Numbered from the stretch's first letter, positions 48,672 through 58,458 are shown. The stretch: DNA of 64,000 bases from an uncultured Albidiferax sp. (GCA_963512645.1 CAUPNM010000021.1:12123-76122), one strand, 5' to 3'. Notes: generated by a model not told the origin, from the letters alone. Numbers and translations are program-made.

Positions 48672-49826
48672 TCAGGACTGCACCAGCCGCCGCGCCTTGG
48701 AAATTGACATCAAAATGCCCAGCCCCAGCCCCAGCGTAACCATGGCCGTGCCACCGTAGCTAATGAACGGCAGCGGCACGCCCACCACCGGCAAGATGCC
48801 GCTGACCATTCCCATATTGACAAAGGCATAGGTAAAGAAAATCAGGGTCACACTGCCGGCCAGCAGGCGCGAGAAAAGGGTCGGGGCGTCCATGGCAATC
48901 ACCAAGCCACGCAGGATCAGAAACAAAAACCCGGATATCAGCAACAGGTTGCCCACCAGGCCGAACTCTTCAGAAAAGGCCGCAAAAATAAAGTCGGTCG
49001 TGCGCTCGGGGATGAATTCCAGGTGGGTTTGCGTGCCCTGCATAAAACCCTTGCCCAGCATCCCGCCCGAGCCGATGGCGATCATGCCCTGGATGATGTG
49101 AAAACCTTTGCCCAGCGGGTCGCGGGTCGGGTCCATCAGGGTGCAGATACGTTGCTGCTGGTAGTCGTGCAACACCACCCAGCGCACGCCGTCGGCACAC
49201 AGGTCGGGGGCATACAGCACCACCAGGCCCATACCTACCAGGGCCAGCAAGAACGGTGGCACGATCAGCTTCCAGCTCAACCCCGCAAAAAACATCACCG
49301 ACAGCCCGGTGGACATCACCAAAATGGCGGTCCCCAGGTCGGGCTGCTTGACGATCAACGCGACCGGCACCAAGAGCAGCATCCCGGCGACCACAAAGTC
49401 CAGCGACCGCAACTGCCCCTCGCGCCGCTGGAACCACCACGACAGCATCAAGGGCATGGCGATTTTGAGAATTTCGCTGGGCTGGATGACGATGCCCAGG
49501 TTGATCCAGCGCCGCGCGCCTTTTTTGGTAATGCCAAAAATAGCCACCGCAATCAGCAGGGAGACACCAATCGCGTACATCGGCACGGCAAACGCCATCA
49601 ACCGCTGCGGCGGAATTTGCGCCACCACAAACAGAATAAATCCCGCCAGCAGCATATTGCGGCCATGGTCTGCAAAACGCGTACCGTGGTCGTAGCCTGA
49701 GGAATACATGGTGAGCAGGCCCGCACAGACCAGCAAAAAAATGGCAAATGCCAGCGGACCGTCAAAGCCGCGAAACAGCGGCCCGATCCGCCGCCATAGC
49801 GGGGGGTTTTCAAAGACAACAGACAT
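48672..49826 (-). CDS. mrdB: Rod shape-determining protein RodA
   Basis: GARRWI, QPSE..K, QPDLGT, GFHIIQ..IAIGSGG, PERTTDFIF and GVPLPFISYGG motifs. Confidence 0.97.
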   Translation of the reverse strand: MSVVFENPPLWRRIGPLFRGFDGPLAFAIFLLVCAGLLTMYSSGYDHGTRFADHGRNMLLAGFILFVVAQIPPQRLMAFAVPMYAIGVSLLIAVAIFGITKKGARRWINLGIVIQPSEILKIAMPLMLSWWFQRREGQLRSLDFVVAGMLLLVPVALIVKQPDLGTAILVMSTGLSVMFFAGLSWKLIVPPFLLALVGMGLVVLYAPDLCADGVRWVVLHDYQQQRICTLMDPTRDPLGKGFHIIQGMIAIGSGGMLGKGFMQGTQTHLEFIPERTTDFIFAAFSEEFGLVGNLLLISGFLFLILRGLVIAMDAPTLFSRLLAGSVTLIFFTYAFVNMGMVSGILPVVGVPLPFISYGGTAMVTLGLGLGILMSISKARRLVQS

Positions 49827-49848
49827 CCCGCGATTATCGCGGCTGCGG

Positions 49849-51405
49849 CTACCCTGCCAAGACGCGGTTCTTGCCGTTGCGCTTGGCCAGGTACATGGCC
49901 TGGTCGGCGCGTTTGATGCAATCGCCGCCCGACTCGTCGCTATCCAATTGCGCCACCCCGGCACTGAAGGTGATCAGCACCTTTTGGTTGTCACGCAAAA
50001 AGAACTTCTTGGTGAGTTCGCGCTGCAACCGGGTGAGCGCGCCCACGCCCAGCTCCAGCAGGGTGTCGGGCAGCACGATGACGAACTCTTCGCCGCCGTA
50101 GCGGGCCAGGGTGTCCTGTGGCCGCATGGATTCACGGGTGACGTTAGCCAGGTGGGTCAGGGCCTCGTCTCCGGCTTCGTGGCCCAGGTCGTCGTTGAGT
50201 TTTTTGAAGTTGTCGATATCCAGCAGCGCCAGGCACAGCGGCGTGCCCTTGCGCCGGGCGTTGGCGATTTCGCGCTGGATGGCTTCGTCCAGCCCCCGGC
50301 GGTTGAGTGCGCCGGTCAGCGGGTCGTGCCGGGCCTGGGCGCTAACGCGGTCCAGCTCCAGGTGCAGTTTGCTGATTTCAGCCTCGGCATGTTCGGTTTT
50401 TTCGCGCATGGCCTGCAGCTGGTCGCGCGAATTTTGCGTGTCCAACGCCATGCTGCGGGTGGCGCTGAGGGCGGTTTGTAGCACCGGGCCCAGTTCTTCG
50501 ATGTTTTGTACCTGCTCGATCTGGCGCGCGCATTCTTCAATCTTGCCGTGGTAGACACCGCTGGACTCACCCATCAGCGACAGCCGGTCCACGAACGCGG
50601 CCAGGAGCTGGCGCATTTGCGTCTGGGCTTCAAAAGCGCGGGCCTTGGCTTCGGACTGCTTTGCGATTACGTCCACCAGCCGCCGCTGCACGTCGTCCAG
50701 GCGGCGCAGACTCAGGGGCGGGGTAGAGGCCAGCACCAGCGCGTCGATCTGGCCGCGCAACCATTGGTCGTCCAGGCAGAGCTCGCCAATATTGCTAAAT
50801 ACCAAGTGCAGTAGCTGCAACAAGGCGTTTTTGATCTCGAACTGGTCTTCGGCCGTGAACGACAACCGGTGGGTGAAGTTGGCCAGCATGGTCTTGGTCC
50901 GCGGCAAATCCGGCACTGGCTGGCGGATAAAGGCCAGTAATTCGCGGGCTTGCTCGAGAAAACGCGGGTCATCGGAGCCCAGTGCAGGCAAGGCGTTGTC
51001 GATCAGGCGGGCGATCTGCTCCATGAACTCGGGGGTCAGCGCCGGGTTGGCCGGGGTGCTGGCCGGGGCACCAAAACCGCTTTCGCCAAAACCAGAGTTT
51101 CCACTGGAAGCGATGCCAAGCATGCCAAATCCGGCATACCCTACCAGCGCGTTTTGCACACCGTCCCAGCTGCGCTGGGTAATGGCCGATTCCAGCAGAC
51201 CGCATTGTTTTTGCTGGCCGGGATTTTTCGCAGGCAAGGCTGCCGCGATCAGCCGCAGACGTTCAAACGGGAAGTGCGCAGGCACCATCGTTCCCGCCAC
51301 CTCGTGGTACAGGATTTGGTAGTTTTCAGGCGTGGGGGGCAGCTTTTTGACGCTGAGCAGCCTGAAAGTTTCACGGGCGATTTCGGCAGGGGATCGTTCA
51401 GCCAT
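49849..51405 (-). CDS. Diguanylate cyclase with long helical N-terminus
   Basis: HDPLTGALNRR, DIDNFKKLND..GH..GD, RxxD I-site (RPQD) and RYGGEEF; no TM segment. Confidence 0.93.
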   Translation of the reverse strand: MAERSPAEIARETFRLLSVKKLPPTPENYQILYHEVAGTMVPAHFPFERLRLIAAALPAKNPGQQKQCGLLESAITQRSWDGVQNALVGYAGFGMLGIASSGNSGFGESGFGAPASTPANPALTPEFMEQIARLIDNALPALGSDDPRFLEQARELLAFIRQPVPDLPRTKTMLANFTHRLSFTAEDQFEIKNALLQLLHLVFSNIGELCLDDQWLRGQIDALVLASTPPLSLRRLDDVQRRLVDVIAKQSEAKARAFEAQTQMRQLLAAFVDRLSLMGESSGVYHGKIEECARQIEQVQNIEELGPVLQTALSATRSMALDTQNSRDQLQAMREKTEHAEAEISKLHLELDRVSAQARHDPLTGALNRRGLDEAIQREIANARRKGTPLCLALLDIDNFKKLNDDLGHEAGDEALTHLANVTRESMRPQDTLARYGGEEFVIVLPDTLLELGVGALTRLQRELTKKFFLRDNQKVLITFSAGVAQLDSDESGGDCIKRADQAMYLAKRNGKNRVLAG

Positions 51406-51517
51406 GGAGCTTTGTAGTTAATCTGTCGGGACTCGCGTCTCCCAATGGGGGCTATCGTAGAGGCTCGGCCCACCGCATCCCAGCGGTGGGTGCATGCGGT
51501 TTTGATAGCATCTTCGC

Positions 51518-52132
51518 ATGCTTGCGCCCCATTTTGCTACCCATCTGCTATATCTACACGGCTTTCGCTCGTCGCCGCAATCGGCCAAGGCCCGGCAGGT
51601 AGCTGCGCGGGTGCAGGCCCAGCACCCCGATGTGACATGGTGGTGTCCACAACTTCCACCGTCACCCCAGGCTGCCATCGATCTGCTGCGCCAAGGCATA
51701 ACCGACTGGCCGTGGGAGACGATGGCGGTGGTCGGCTCCTCGCTAGGCGGTTTTTACGCCACCTGGGTGGCCGAGCACACCGGCTGCAAGGCCGTGCTGC
51801 TAAACCCTGCGGTCCACCCGGCGCGGGACCTGGCCCGGTACATTGGCGAGCAAACCAGTTGGCAAAACCCGCAGGAACGCTTTTTTTTCGAGCCGTCCTT
51901 TGTCGACGAGCTGCAGGCCCTGACCCTGCACAACCAGCCCCCGCCCGAGCGCTACCGGGTTTTGATCGCCAAGGGCGACGAGGTACTGGACTGGCGCGAG
52001 ATGGCGGCCCGCTATGCCAGCGCCCAGCCCACGCTCTTGGAGGGCGGTGACCATGCGCTGAGCGACTTTGACGCGCATATCGACGGCGTGTTTCGTTTTC
52101 TCAACCTCTTGCCTGGCCCATCGCCCAAATAA
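51518..52132 (+). CDS. YqiA-family esterase
   Basis: LYLHGFRSSP.S.KA, GSSLGG, LLNPAV, GDEVLD and GGDHAL motifs. Confidence 0.93.
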   Translation: MLAPHFATHLLYLHGFRSSPQSAKARQVAARVQAQHPDVTWWCPQLPPSPQAAIDLLRQGITDWPWETMAVVGSSLGGFYATWVAEHTGCKAVLLNPAVHPARDLARYIGEQTSWQNPQERFFFEPSFVDELQALTLHNQPPPERYRVLIAKGDEVLDWREMAARYASAQPTLLEGGDHALSDFDAHIDGVFRFLNLLPGPSPK

Positions 52133-52163
52133 ACAGGCCACGGCGCATGGGAGAATTCAGCCC

Positions 52164-54227
52164 ATGTTTGCATTATTTGAAGAAGCCGGAAAATTCATGG
52201 CCGGACGCATCTTGTCCGAAGCGGAGTCGTCCGCGCAGGTCGAGCTCGACAGTGGCAAGCGGGTCAAGGTCAAGGCCGCCAACCTGTTGCTGAAGTTCGA
52301 CAAGCCCACGCCCGCCATCCTGTTGCAGGGCGCGCAACTCGTCGCCGCCGACATCGAGCTGGAGATGGCCTGGGAGTTCGCCCCCGAGGACGACTTTGGC
52401 TTTGCCGACCTGGCGCGTGACTATTTCAGCCTTAACGCCACGCTGGAGCAGCAAACCGCCATGCTGCTGCGCCTGTTTGACGCGCCCCATTACTTCCGCC
52501 GCGCGGGCAAGGGCCGGTTTCGCAAGGCATCCGCCGAGATCCTGCAACTGGCGCTGGCCGCCATCGAGAAAAAGCAGCAACTTGCTATACAAATTGCGGC
52601 CTGGGCGGAGGAGCTAAGCCAGGGCTCGTGCCCACCGGCTGTGCGTGAGCAGCTATACAAAATACTGTTTAAACCCGATAAAAACGGCCCTGAATACAAG
52701 GCCGTGGTCGAGGCCTCGCGCGCCACCCACAAGGCCCCGCTGGTGCTGCTGCAGCACGCTGGGGCCATCGACTCGCCCTACCAGTTCCACTGGCGGCGGT
52801 TTTTGCTGGAGAACTTTCCCAAAGGCACGGGTTTCCCGAACTTGGACGCGCCACAGATCGTGGACGACCTGCCGCTGTCGACCGCACAGGCGTTTTCCAT
52901 CGACGATTCGCAAACCACCGAGATCGACGATGCGCTGTCGGTGCAAGGCCTGGGCACGGGCACGGTCACGCTGGGCATCCACATTGCCGCGCCCGGCCTG
53001 GCCATCGCCCCCGGTAGCGCCATCGACCAGCTGGGCCGCGCCCGCCTGTCCACCGTCTACATGCCCGGCTACAAGCTGACCATGCTGCCCGACGCAGTGG
53101 TGCAAAACTACACCTTGCAAGAGGGCCGCAACTGCCCCGCCGTGTCGCTGTATGCCACGCTGGATGAGGCCACGCTAGAGATCACCGCCACCGAGACGAA
53201 GCTGGAGCGGGTGCACATTGCCGCCAATCTGCGCCATGACCAGCTCGATACCCTGGTGACCGCCGAGTGGCTGGAGAACCCGGATTTTGAGCATGAAATT
53301 GGCACCCAGCGCTTATCCATTGAGCGGGAGCAGCTATCATTTTTATATAAACTGGCGAAGCATCTGAAAGCCCAGCGCGAAGTGGTGCGCGGCAAGCCCG
53401 AGAACTTCAACCGGCCCGACTACAACTTCAAGCTGCTCGGCAAGACCGCCGACGAGCCGGTGGGCGACGAGCAAGTGCAAATCACCACCCGCCAGCGCGG
53501 TGCCCCTCTGGACCTGATGGTGGCTGAGGCCATGATCCTGGCCAACAGCACCTGGGGCAACTGGATGGCCGAGAACGGCGTGCCCGGCATCTACCGCAGC
53601 CAGGCCAGCCTGCTGCCGGGCGTGAAGGTGCGCATGGGCACCAAGGCGCTGCCCCACGCGGGCATCGGGGTCAAAAGCTACGCCTGGAGCACCTCGCCCC
53701 TGCGCCGCTACACCGACCTGGTCAACCAGTGGCAAATCATCGCCTGCGCCCGGCACGGCAAAACCGCCGCCCTGGCCGCGCCGTTCAAGCCCAAGGATGC
53801 CGATCTGTTCTCCATCATCTCGATGTTTGACGCGGCCTACGCCACCTACAACGGCTACCAGGGCGCGATGGAGCGCTTCTGGACGCTGAAGTACCTGCAG
53901 CAAAACGGCATCACCGAGATCATCGGCAGCATCTTCAAGGACGGCATGGTCCGCGCGGATGATTTGCCGCTGGTGCTGCCGGTGCTGGGCGATGCGCCGC
54001 GCGGTGCCAAGGTGCGGGTCAAGTTGGGCGACATCGACGAGATCACGCTGGATGTGCACGGCACCGTGGTCGAGCGGCTGGACACGCCGGTCGAAGTGGC
54101 ATCTGAGGCAACCGCCGAAGAAGCAGAAGACGACGAGGACGACACCGCCGCCGGGCCGATTGCCATCGCCGTCGATATGGACGAGCCCGAAGCGGCGGCC
54201 GCATCCACCGTCGAACCCGCACCGTGA
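52164..54227 (+). CDS. RNB-domain exoribonuclease (RNase II family)
   Basis: FSIDDSQTTEIDDALS, TVY.PG.K..MLP, EAMILAN and TSPLRRYTDLVNQ motifs. Confidence 0.93.
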   Translation: MFALFEEAGKFMAGRILSEAESSAQVELDSGKRVKVKAANLLLKFDKPTPAILLQGAQLVAADIELEMAWEFAPEDDFGFADLARDYFSLNATLEQQTAMLLRLFDAPHYFRRAGKGRFRKASAEILQLALAAIEKKQQLAIQIAAWAEELSQGSCPPAVREQLYKILFKPDKNGPEYKAVVEASRATHKAPLVLLQHAGAIDSPYQFHWRRFLLENFPKGTGFPNLDAPQIVDDLPLSTAQAFSIDDSQTTEIDDALSVQGLGTGTVTLGIHIAAPGLAIAPGSAIDQLGRARLSTVYMPGYKLTMLPDAVVQNYTLQEGRNCPAVSLYATLDEATLEITATETKLERVHIAANLRHDQLDTLVTAEWLENPDFEHEIGTQRLSIEREQLSFLYKLAKHLKAQREVVRGKPENFNRPDYNFKLLGKTADEPVGDEQVQITTRQRGAPLDLMVAEAMILANSTWGNWMAENGVPGIYRSQASLLPGVKVRMGTKALPHAGIGVKSYAWSTSPLRRYTDLVNQWQIIACARHGKTAALAAPFKPKDADLFSIISMFDAAYATYNGYQGAMERFWTLKYLQQNGITEIIGSIFKDGMVRADDLPLVLPVLGDAPRGAKVRVKLGDIDEITLDVHGTVVERLDTPVEVASEATAEEAEDDEDDTAAGPIAIAVDMDEPEAAAASTVEPAP
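53284..53348 (-). repeat. Repeat copy in-frame in the RNB gene, antisense to the gene
   Basis: Reverse complement TATAT-AAAAATG-ATAGC-TGCTCCCGCTCAAT-GGA-TAAGCGCTGGGTGCCAATTTCATGCTCAAAAT. Confidence 0.82.
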
Positions 54228-55090
54228 CCTGGCGCATCCTTCGCAACGTCACCGCCCTGCAAATTGCGCTGGGGGTTTCTATCACCGTGCACGCGGTGCT
54301 GCTGACGCTGCGCTTCATCGACCCCGAGTCTTTTAACCGGGTGTTCCAGGACACGCCGCTGGAGGTGATTCTGGTCAACGCCAAGTCCACCACCCCACCC
54401 GAGCGCGCCACGGCCATCGCCCAGGCCACACTGGCCGGGGGCGGTGAGGCAGATGCAGGCCGCGCCACCTCCCCGCTGCCGCCGTCGGCCATCACCGACC
54501 TGGGCGAAACCATGGAAGCCACGCAGCGCAAGATGGACGCCATGCAACAGCAGCAAACCATGCTGTTGGCGCAGGTCACCCAGCAACTGGCGACCCTGCC
54601 CCTGCCCGACCCCAAAAAGGCCAGCAACTCCCCCGAAGCCGCCGCGCAGGAAGAAAAACGCCGCCAGTTGCTGAACCTGCTGGCCGAGATCGAGCGGCGC
54701 ATCAACCAGGAAAACGCCCGCCCCAAGCGCCGCTACGTCAGCCCCGCCACCCGCGAAGAGGTGTACGCGGTGTACTACGACAACCTGCGCCGCCGGGTGG
54801 AAGATCGGGGCACCGAGAACTTCCCCGAGGTGGCGGGCAAAAAGCTGTATGGCGCGCTGACCATGATCGTCACCGTCAATTTCGACGGCCAGGTGCTGGC
54901 CACCCAAATCGCCGAAAGCTCGGGCAACCGCACGCTGGACCGGCGCGCCGAAGCCATCGTGCGCAATGCCGGGCCGTTTGGCCTGTTCAGCGACGCGATG
55001 CGGGCGAAAGTGGACCAACTGGTGGTGGTGTCGCGGTTTCGTTTCACCCGCGACCAGACGCTGGAAACCAAGGGCGGCACCACCCCCTGA
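54224..55090 (+). CDS. TonB-family protein
   Basis: N-terminal TM containing SxxxH; C-terminal TonB-C-like SSG...LD..A..IV..A.PF. Confidence 0.85.
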   Translation: MTWRILRNVTALQIALGVSITVHAVLLTLRFIDPESFNRVFQDTPLEVILVNAKSTTPPERATAIAQATLAGGGEADAGRATSPLPPSAITDLGETMEATQRKMDAMQQQQTMLLAQVTQQLATLPLPDPKKASNSPEAAAQEEKRRQLLNLLAEIERRINQENARPKRRYVSPATREEVYAVYYDNLRRRVEDRGTENFPEVAGKKLYGALTMIVTVNFDGQVLATQIAESSGNRTLDRRAEAIVRNAGPFGLFSDAMRAKVDQLVVVSRFRFTRDQTLETKGGTTP

Positions 55091-55124
55091 ATCCACCGAA
55101 TCCACCGAATCCACCGAATCCCCT
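55089..55124. repeat. 9-bp tandem repeat
   Basis: GAATCCACC three times plus a degenerate GAATCCCCT. Confidence 0.92.
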
Positions 55125-55156
55125 GAATTTCCTTTTTTCAGACAGAAAGTACGTGT

Positions 55157-55984
55157 ATGGACCGCTATTGCGTGATGGGCAATCCGATAGAACACAGCCG
55201 GTCGCCGTGGATCCAAAGCCGGTTTGCCGCCTTGATGGGCCACAGCCTGCAATACGACAAGCGCCTGGTGCCGCTGGACGGCTTTGCGCAAGCGGTGGCC
55301 GCCTTCCGCGCCGAGGGGGGGCTGGGCTGCAACATCACCGTGCCGTTCAAATTTGAGGCCGCAGCGCTGGCCAACCACCTGTCCCCGCGCGCCGAACTGG
55401 CCGGGGCCAGCAACTTTCTGCATTTCCAGGGTGGCAGCATCCATGCCGACAACACCGATGGCGCAGGCCTGGTCAACGACATCCAGAACAACGCCGGGGT
55501 GGCCCTGGCGGGTCGCGACGTGCTGCTGATCGGAGCCGGTGGCGCATCCGCCGGGGTGCTAGGCCCACTGATCGCCGCCCAGGCCCGCCGTATCACCGTG
55601 GCCAACCGCACCCTGGGCAAAGCCGAAGCGCTGGTGGCGCGCCACGTGGCGCTGGCCCAGGCGCATGGCGTGCAGGTGGATAGCGCCGAGCTCGCCGCCG
55701 TGCAATCGCCTTACCACGTGGTAGTCAACGCTACTGCCAGCAGCCTGAGCGGCGCGGGCGTACCGGTGGCCTCCAGCGTGCTCCAAACCGGCGCGTTGGC
55801 GCTGGACATGATGTATGGCCCAGCCGCTGCGGGCTTTATGGACTGGGCACGGGCACACAGTGCCATTGCACGCGACGGCCTGGGCATGCTGGTCGAGCAG
55901 GCCGCCGAGGGATTTTTGCTGTGGCGCGGCGTGCGTCCACCGTCGGCCCAGGTGTTGGCCGAGCTGCGCGCCACCCTGGGCTGA
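55157..55984 (+). CDS. aroE: Shikimate dehydrogenase
   Basis: GNPIEHSRSP, G.NITVPFK, DNTDG.G, IGAGGA, NRT..KA and DGLGMLVEQAA motifs. Confidence 0.97.
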   Translation: MDRYCVMGNPIEHSRSPWIQSRFAALMGHSLQYDKRLVPLDGFAQAVAAFRAEGGLGCNITVPFKFEAAALANHLSPRAELAGASNFLHFQGGSIHADNTDGAGLVNDIQNNAGVALAGRDVLLIGAGGASAGVLGPLIAAQARRITVANRTLGKAEALVARHVALAQAHGVQVDSAELAAVQSPYHVVVNATASSLSGAGVPVASSVLQTGALALDMMYGPAAAGFMDWARAHSAIARDGLGMLVEQAAEGFLLWRGVRPPSAQVLAELRATLG

Positions 55985-55988
55985 AGCG

Positions 55989-56744
55989 ATGCGCCCCCTG
56001 TTGCGCTGGCTGGTGCTGGTGGTGATTGCCGCGCTGGCGCTGCAACTGTTTTTTGTAGGCCGTATCGCCCTGATGCTGGTGGCGGCACCGCAGTCCACCG
56101 CGTTTGAGCGCTCGGAAGCCTGGCGGCTGCTGACCAGCGCCGACAAATCCTTGCGCTGGAAGCAGGAATGGGTGCCGTACAGCCAGATTTCGGACAACCT
56201 CAAACGCGCCGTCATCGCCTCGGAAGACAGCAGCTTCAGCAACCACGACGGCGTGGACTGGGAGGCGCTGGAAAAAGCCTGGGAAAAGAACGAAAAAGCC
56301 GAGGCGCGTGCCGCCAAGCTGGCCGCACCAGCCAAGGCCAAAGCGACCGCCACGGCCAAGCCGGTCAAACCACCCAAGGTCATCGGCGGCTCCACCATCA
56401 CCCAGCAACTGGCGAAAAACATGCTGCTGTCGGGCGAACGCACGCTGCTGCGCAAGGGCCAGGAATTCGTGCTGACCCTGCTGCTGGAGCACCTGCTGAG
56501 CAAGCAACGCATCCTGGAGATCTACCTGAACAACGTGGAATGGGGCGAAGGCGTGTTCGGTGCCGAGGCTGCCGCGCAGCACTATTACCGCAAGTCCGCA
56601 TCCCGCCTCAGCGCGTTTGAAGCCGCCCGGCTGGCGGTGATGCTGCCACGGCCCAAGTATTTTGAAAAGTTGCCCAATTCCGGCTACCTGGGTAGCCGCG
56701 CCTCCACCATCGTGGCCCGTATGGCCAGCGCCGAACTGCCTTGA
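55989..56744 (+). CDS. mtgA: Monofunctional peptidoglycan glycosyltransferase
   Basis: AVIASED..F..H.GVD, GGSTITQQLAKN, RK..E and ILEIYLNNVEWG motifs. Confidence 0.96.
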   Translation: MRPLLRWLVLVVIAALALQLFFVGRIALMLVAAPQSTAFERSEAWRLLTSADKSLRWKQEWVPYSQISDNLKRAVIASEDSSFSNHDGVDWEALEKAWEKNEKAEARAAKLAAPAKAKATATAKPVKPPKVIGGSTITQQLAKNMLLSGERTLLRKGQEFVLTLLLEHLLSKQRILEIYLNNVEWGEGVFGAEAAAQHYYRKSASRLSAFEAARLAVMLPRPKYFEKLPNSGYLGSRASTIVARMASAELP

Positions 56745-56797
56745 ATGGCCGGATGGATAATGCACGGCATTCCCGCTGAACCCGCCTGAGCCCCTCC

Positions 56798-57592
56798 ATG
56801 TCTGACATCCTCGAACAAATCATCACCGTCAAGCGCACAGAAATCGCCACTGCGATGCGCCGCACCTCCCTGGCAGACATGCGTGCCGACGCAGAATCCC
56901 GCGTACTGACCCGCGACTTCGTGGGGGCCATGCGCCAGAAAATCGCCGCCGGGCAGGCCGCCGTCATCGCCGAAATCAAAAAAGCCAGCCCCTCCAAAGG
57001 CGTGCTGCGCACCGACTTCATCCCCGCCGACATCGCCCAAAGCTACGCCGAATATGGCGCAGCCTGTTTGTCCGTACTCACTGACAAACAATTCTTTCAG
57101 GGCCAGGTGGACTACCTGAAGCAAGCACGCGCCTCCTGCCAGTTGCCGGTGCTGCGCAAAGACTTCATCGTCGATGCCTACCAGGTTTACGAATCCCGCG
57201 CCATGGGGGCCGACTGCATCCTGCTGATCGCTGCGGCCCTGGACGATGGCCACATGGCCGAGCTGGAGGCCATCGCCCGCTCGCTGGACATGGCGGTGCT
57301 GGTGGAAGTACACAATGCCGCTGAGCTACAGCGCAGCCTGAAACTGAAAACCCCGTTAATCGGCATCAACAACCGCAATTTGCGCACCTTCGAAGTCAGC
57401 CTGGACACCACGCTGGCCCTGCAAAAAGACGTGCCCGCAGACCGCCTGCTGATCACCGAAAGCGGCATCCTGACCACGGCAGACGTACAGCGCATGCGCG
57501 ACGCCAACATCCACGCCTTCCTGGTCGGCGAAGCCTTCAAGCGCGCAGCCGACCCCGGCGTGGCGCTGGACGGTCTATTCGCCACCGCATAA
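56798..57592 (+). CDS. trpC: Indole-3-glycerol phosphate synthase
   Basis: [39 protein letters not shown] and TESGI motifs. Confidence 0.97.
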   Translation: MSDILEQIITVKRTEIATAMRRTSLADMRADAESRVLTRDFVGAMRQKIAAGQAAVIAEIKKASPSKGVLRTDFIPADIAQSYAEYGAACLSVLTDKQFFQGQVDYLKQARASCQLPVLRKDFIVDAYQVYESRAMGADCILLIAAALDDGHMAELEAIARSLDMAVLVEVHNAAELQRSLKLKTPLIGINNRNLRTFEVSLDTTLALQKDVPADRLLITESGILTTADVQRMRDANIHAFLVGEAFKRAADPGVALDGLFATA

Positions 57593-57601
57593 CGCCCCGC
57601 C

Positions 57602-58342
57602 GTGCCTCTTTTCCAAGAGGATTGCCTGCAAACCTGGCCGCCCCCTGCAAGCTGCGTCGCACCCGACTGGCAGCCTTGCGTTGCGGACTTTCTGGCCTCG
57701 GCACCAGGCCAACAGCTCAGCAATTTTCTGAATCAACGCTTGGCTCAGAAAGCCACGATATACCCGCCACAGCCTTTGCGCGCCCTGGCCCTGACTCCGC
57801 TGAGCGCCGTCAAGGTCGTCATCCTCGGCCAAGACCCTTACCACGGCCCCGGCCAGGCCGAAGGGCTGGCATTTTCTGTCGCGCCCGGCACCCAGCCGCC
57901 GCCCTCGCTGCGCAACATCTTCAAAGAACTCCAGCAGGAAGGCATGCCGCCCCGCGCCCCGGGCGGATCCCTGGCCGCCTGGGCCGGGCAAGGCGTTTTG
58001 CTGCTCAATACCTGCCTGACGGTCGAGGACGGGCTCCCCGCCAGCCACGCCAAACGCGGCTGGGAAGCACTGACCGACGCGGTGGTCATGCAAGTCGCAC
58101 AAACCGTACCGGTGTGCGTCTACCTGCTGTGGGGAGCCCATGCCCAGACCAAGGCACCCTTGATCCAGCAAGTTGCCGCGGCCCATGGCAGACACATTCT
58201 GGTGTTGCAATCCAACCACCCATCCCCCCTATCGGCAATGCGCCCGCCCACTCCGTTCATAGGTTGCGGCCACTTTCGGCAAGCCAACGACTTCCTACGC
58301 CAGTTGGGTGCCGCCGCCATCGACTGGTCGCACACGGCATGA
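57602..58342 (+). CDS. ung: Uracil-DNA glycosylase (family 1)
   Basis: VVILGQDPYHG, PPSLRNI, WA.QGVLLLN, LWG.HAQ and HPSPLS motifs. Confidence 0.96.
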   Translation: MPLFQEDCLQTWPPPASCVAPDWQPCVADFLASAPGQQLSNFLNQRLAQKATIYPPQPLRALALTPLSAVKVVILGQDPYHGPGQAEGLAFSVAPGTQPPPSLRNIFKELQQEGMPPRAPGGSLAAWAGQGVLLLNTCLTVEDGLPASHAKRGWEALTDAVVMQVAQTVPVCVYLLWGAHAQTKAPLIQQVAAAHGRHILVLQSNHPSPLSAMRPPTPFIGCGHFRQANDFLRQLGAAAIDWSHTA

Positions 58343-58416
58343 AGACAAAATTCAGCCGCCCGAAGTCATCGGTCACCACAACGCGGTATGATTGAAAGCT
58401 GTTAAACACAGAGTTG

Positions 58417-58445
58417 TTAGCCAGCTAAAAACTCTGTGCTATAAT
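58417..58445 (+). promoter_or_regulatory. Promoter of the tRNA-tuf operon
   Basis: TGc-TATAAT extended -10 (58437-45), 13 nt before tRNA-Tyr; weak -35 TTAGCC. Confidence 0.65.
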
Positions 58446-58458
58446 TTAAGGCTTCGCC

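Noticed and set aside
8464-53348. The dispersed repeats as IS ends, integron attC sites or CRISPR repeats
   Set aside because: No transposase, integrase or cas gene; copies are solitary, diverged, partly intragenic and lack attC core sites.
53855-55444. 529-aa minus-strand ORF
   Set aside because: Shadow across rnb, tonB and aroE; crosses the VNTR by chance.
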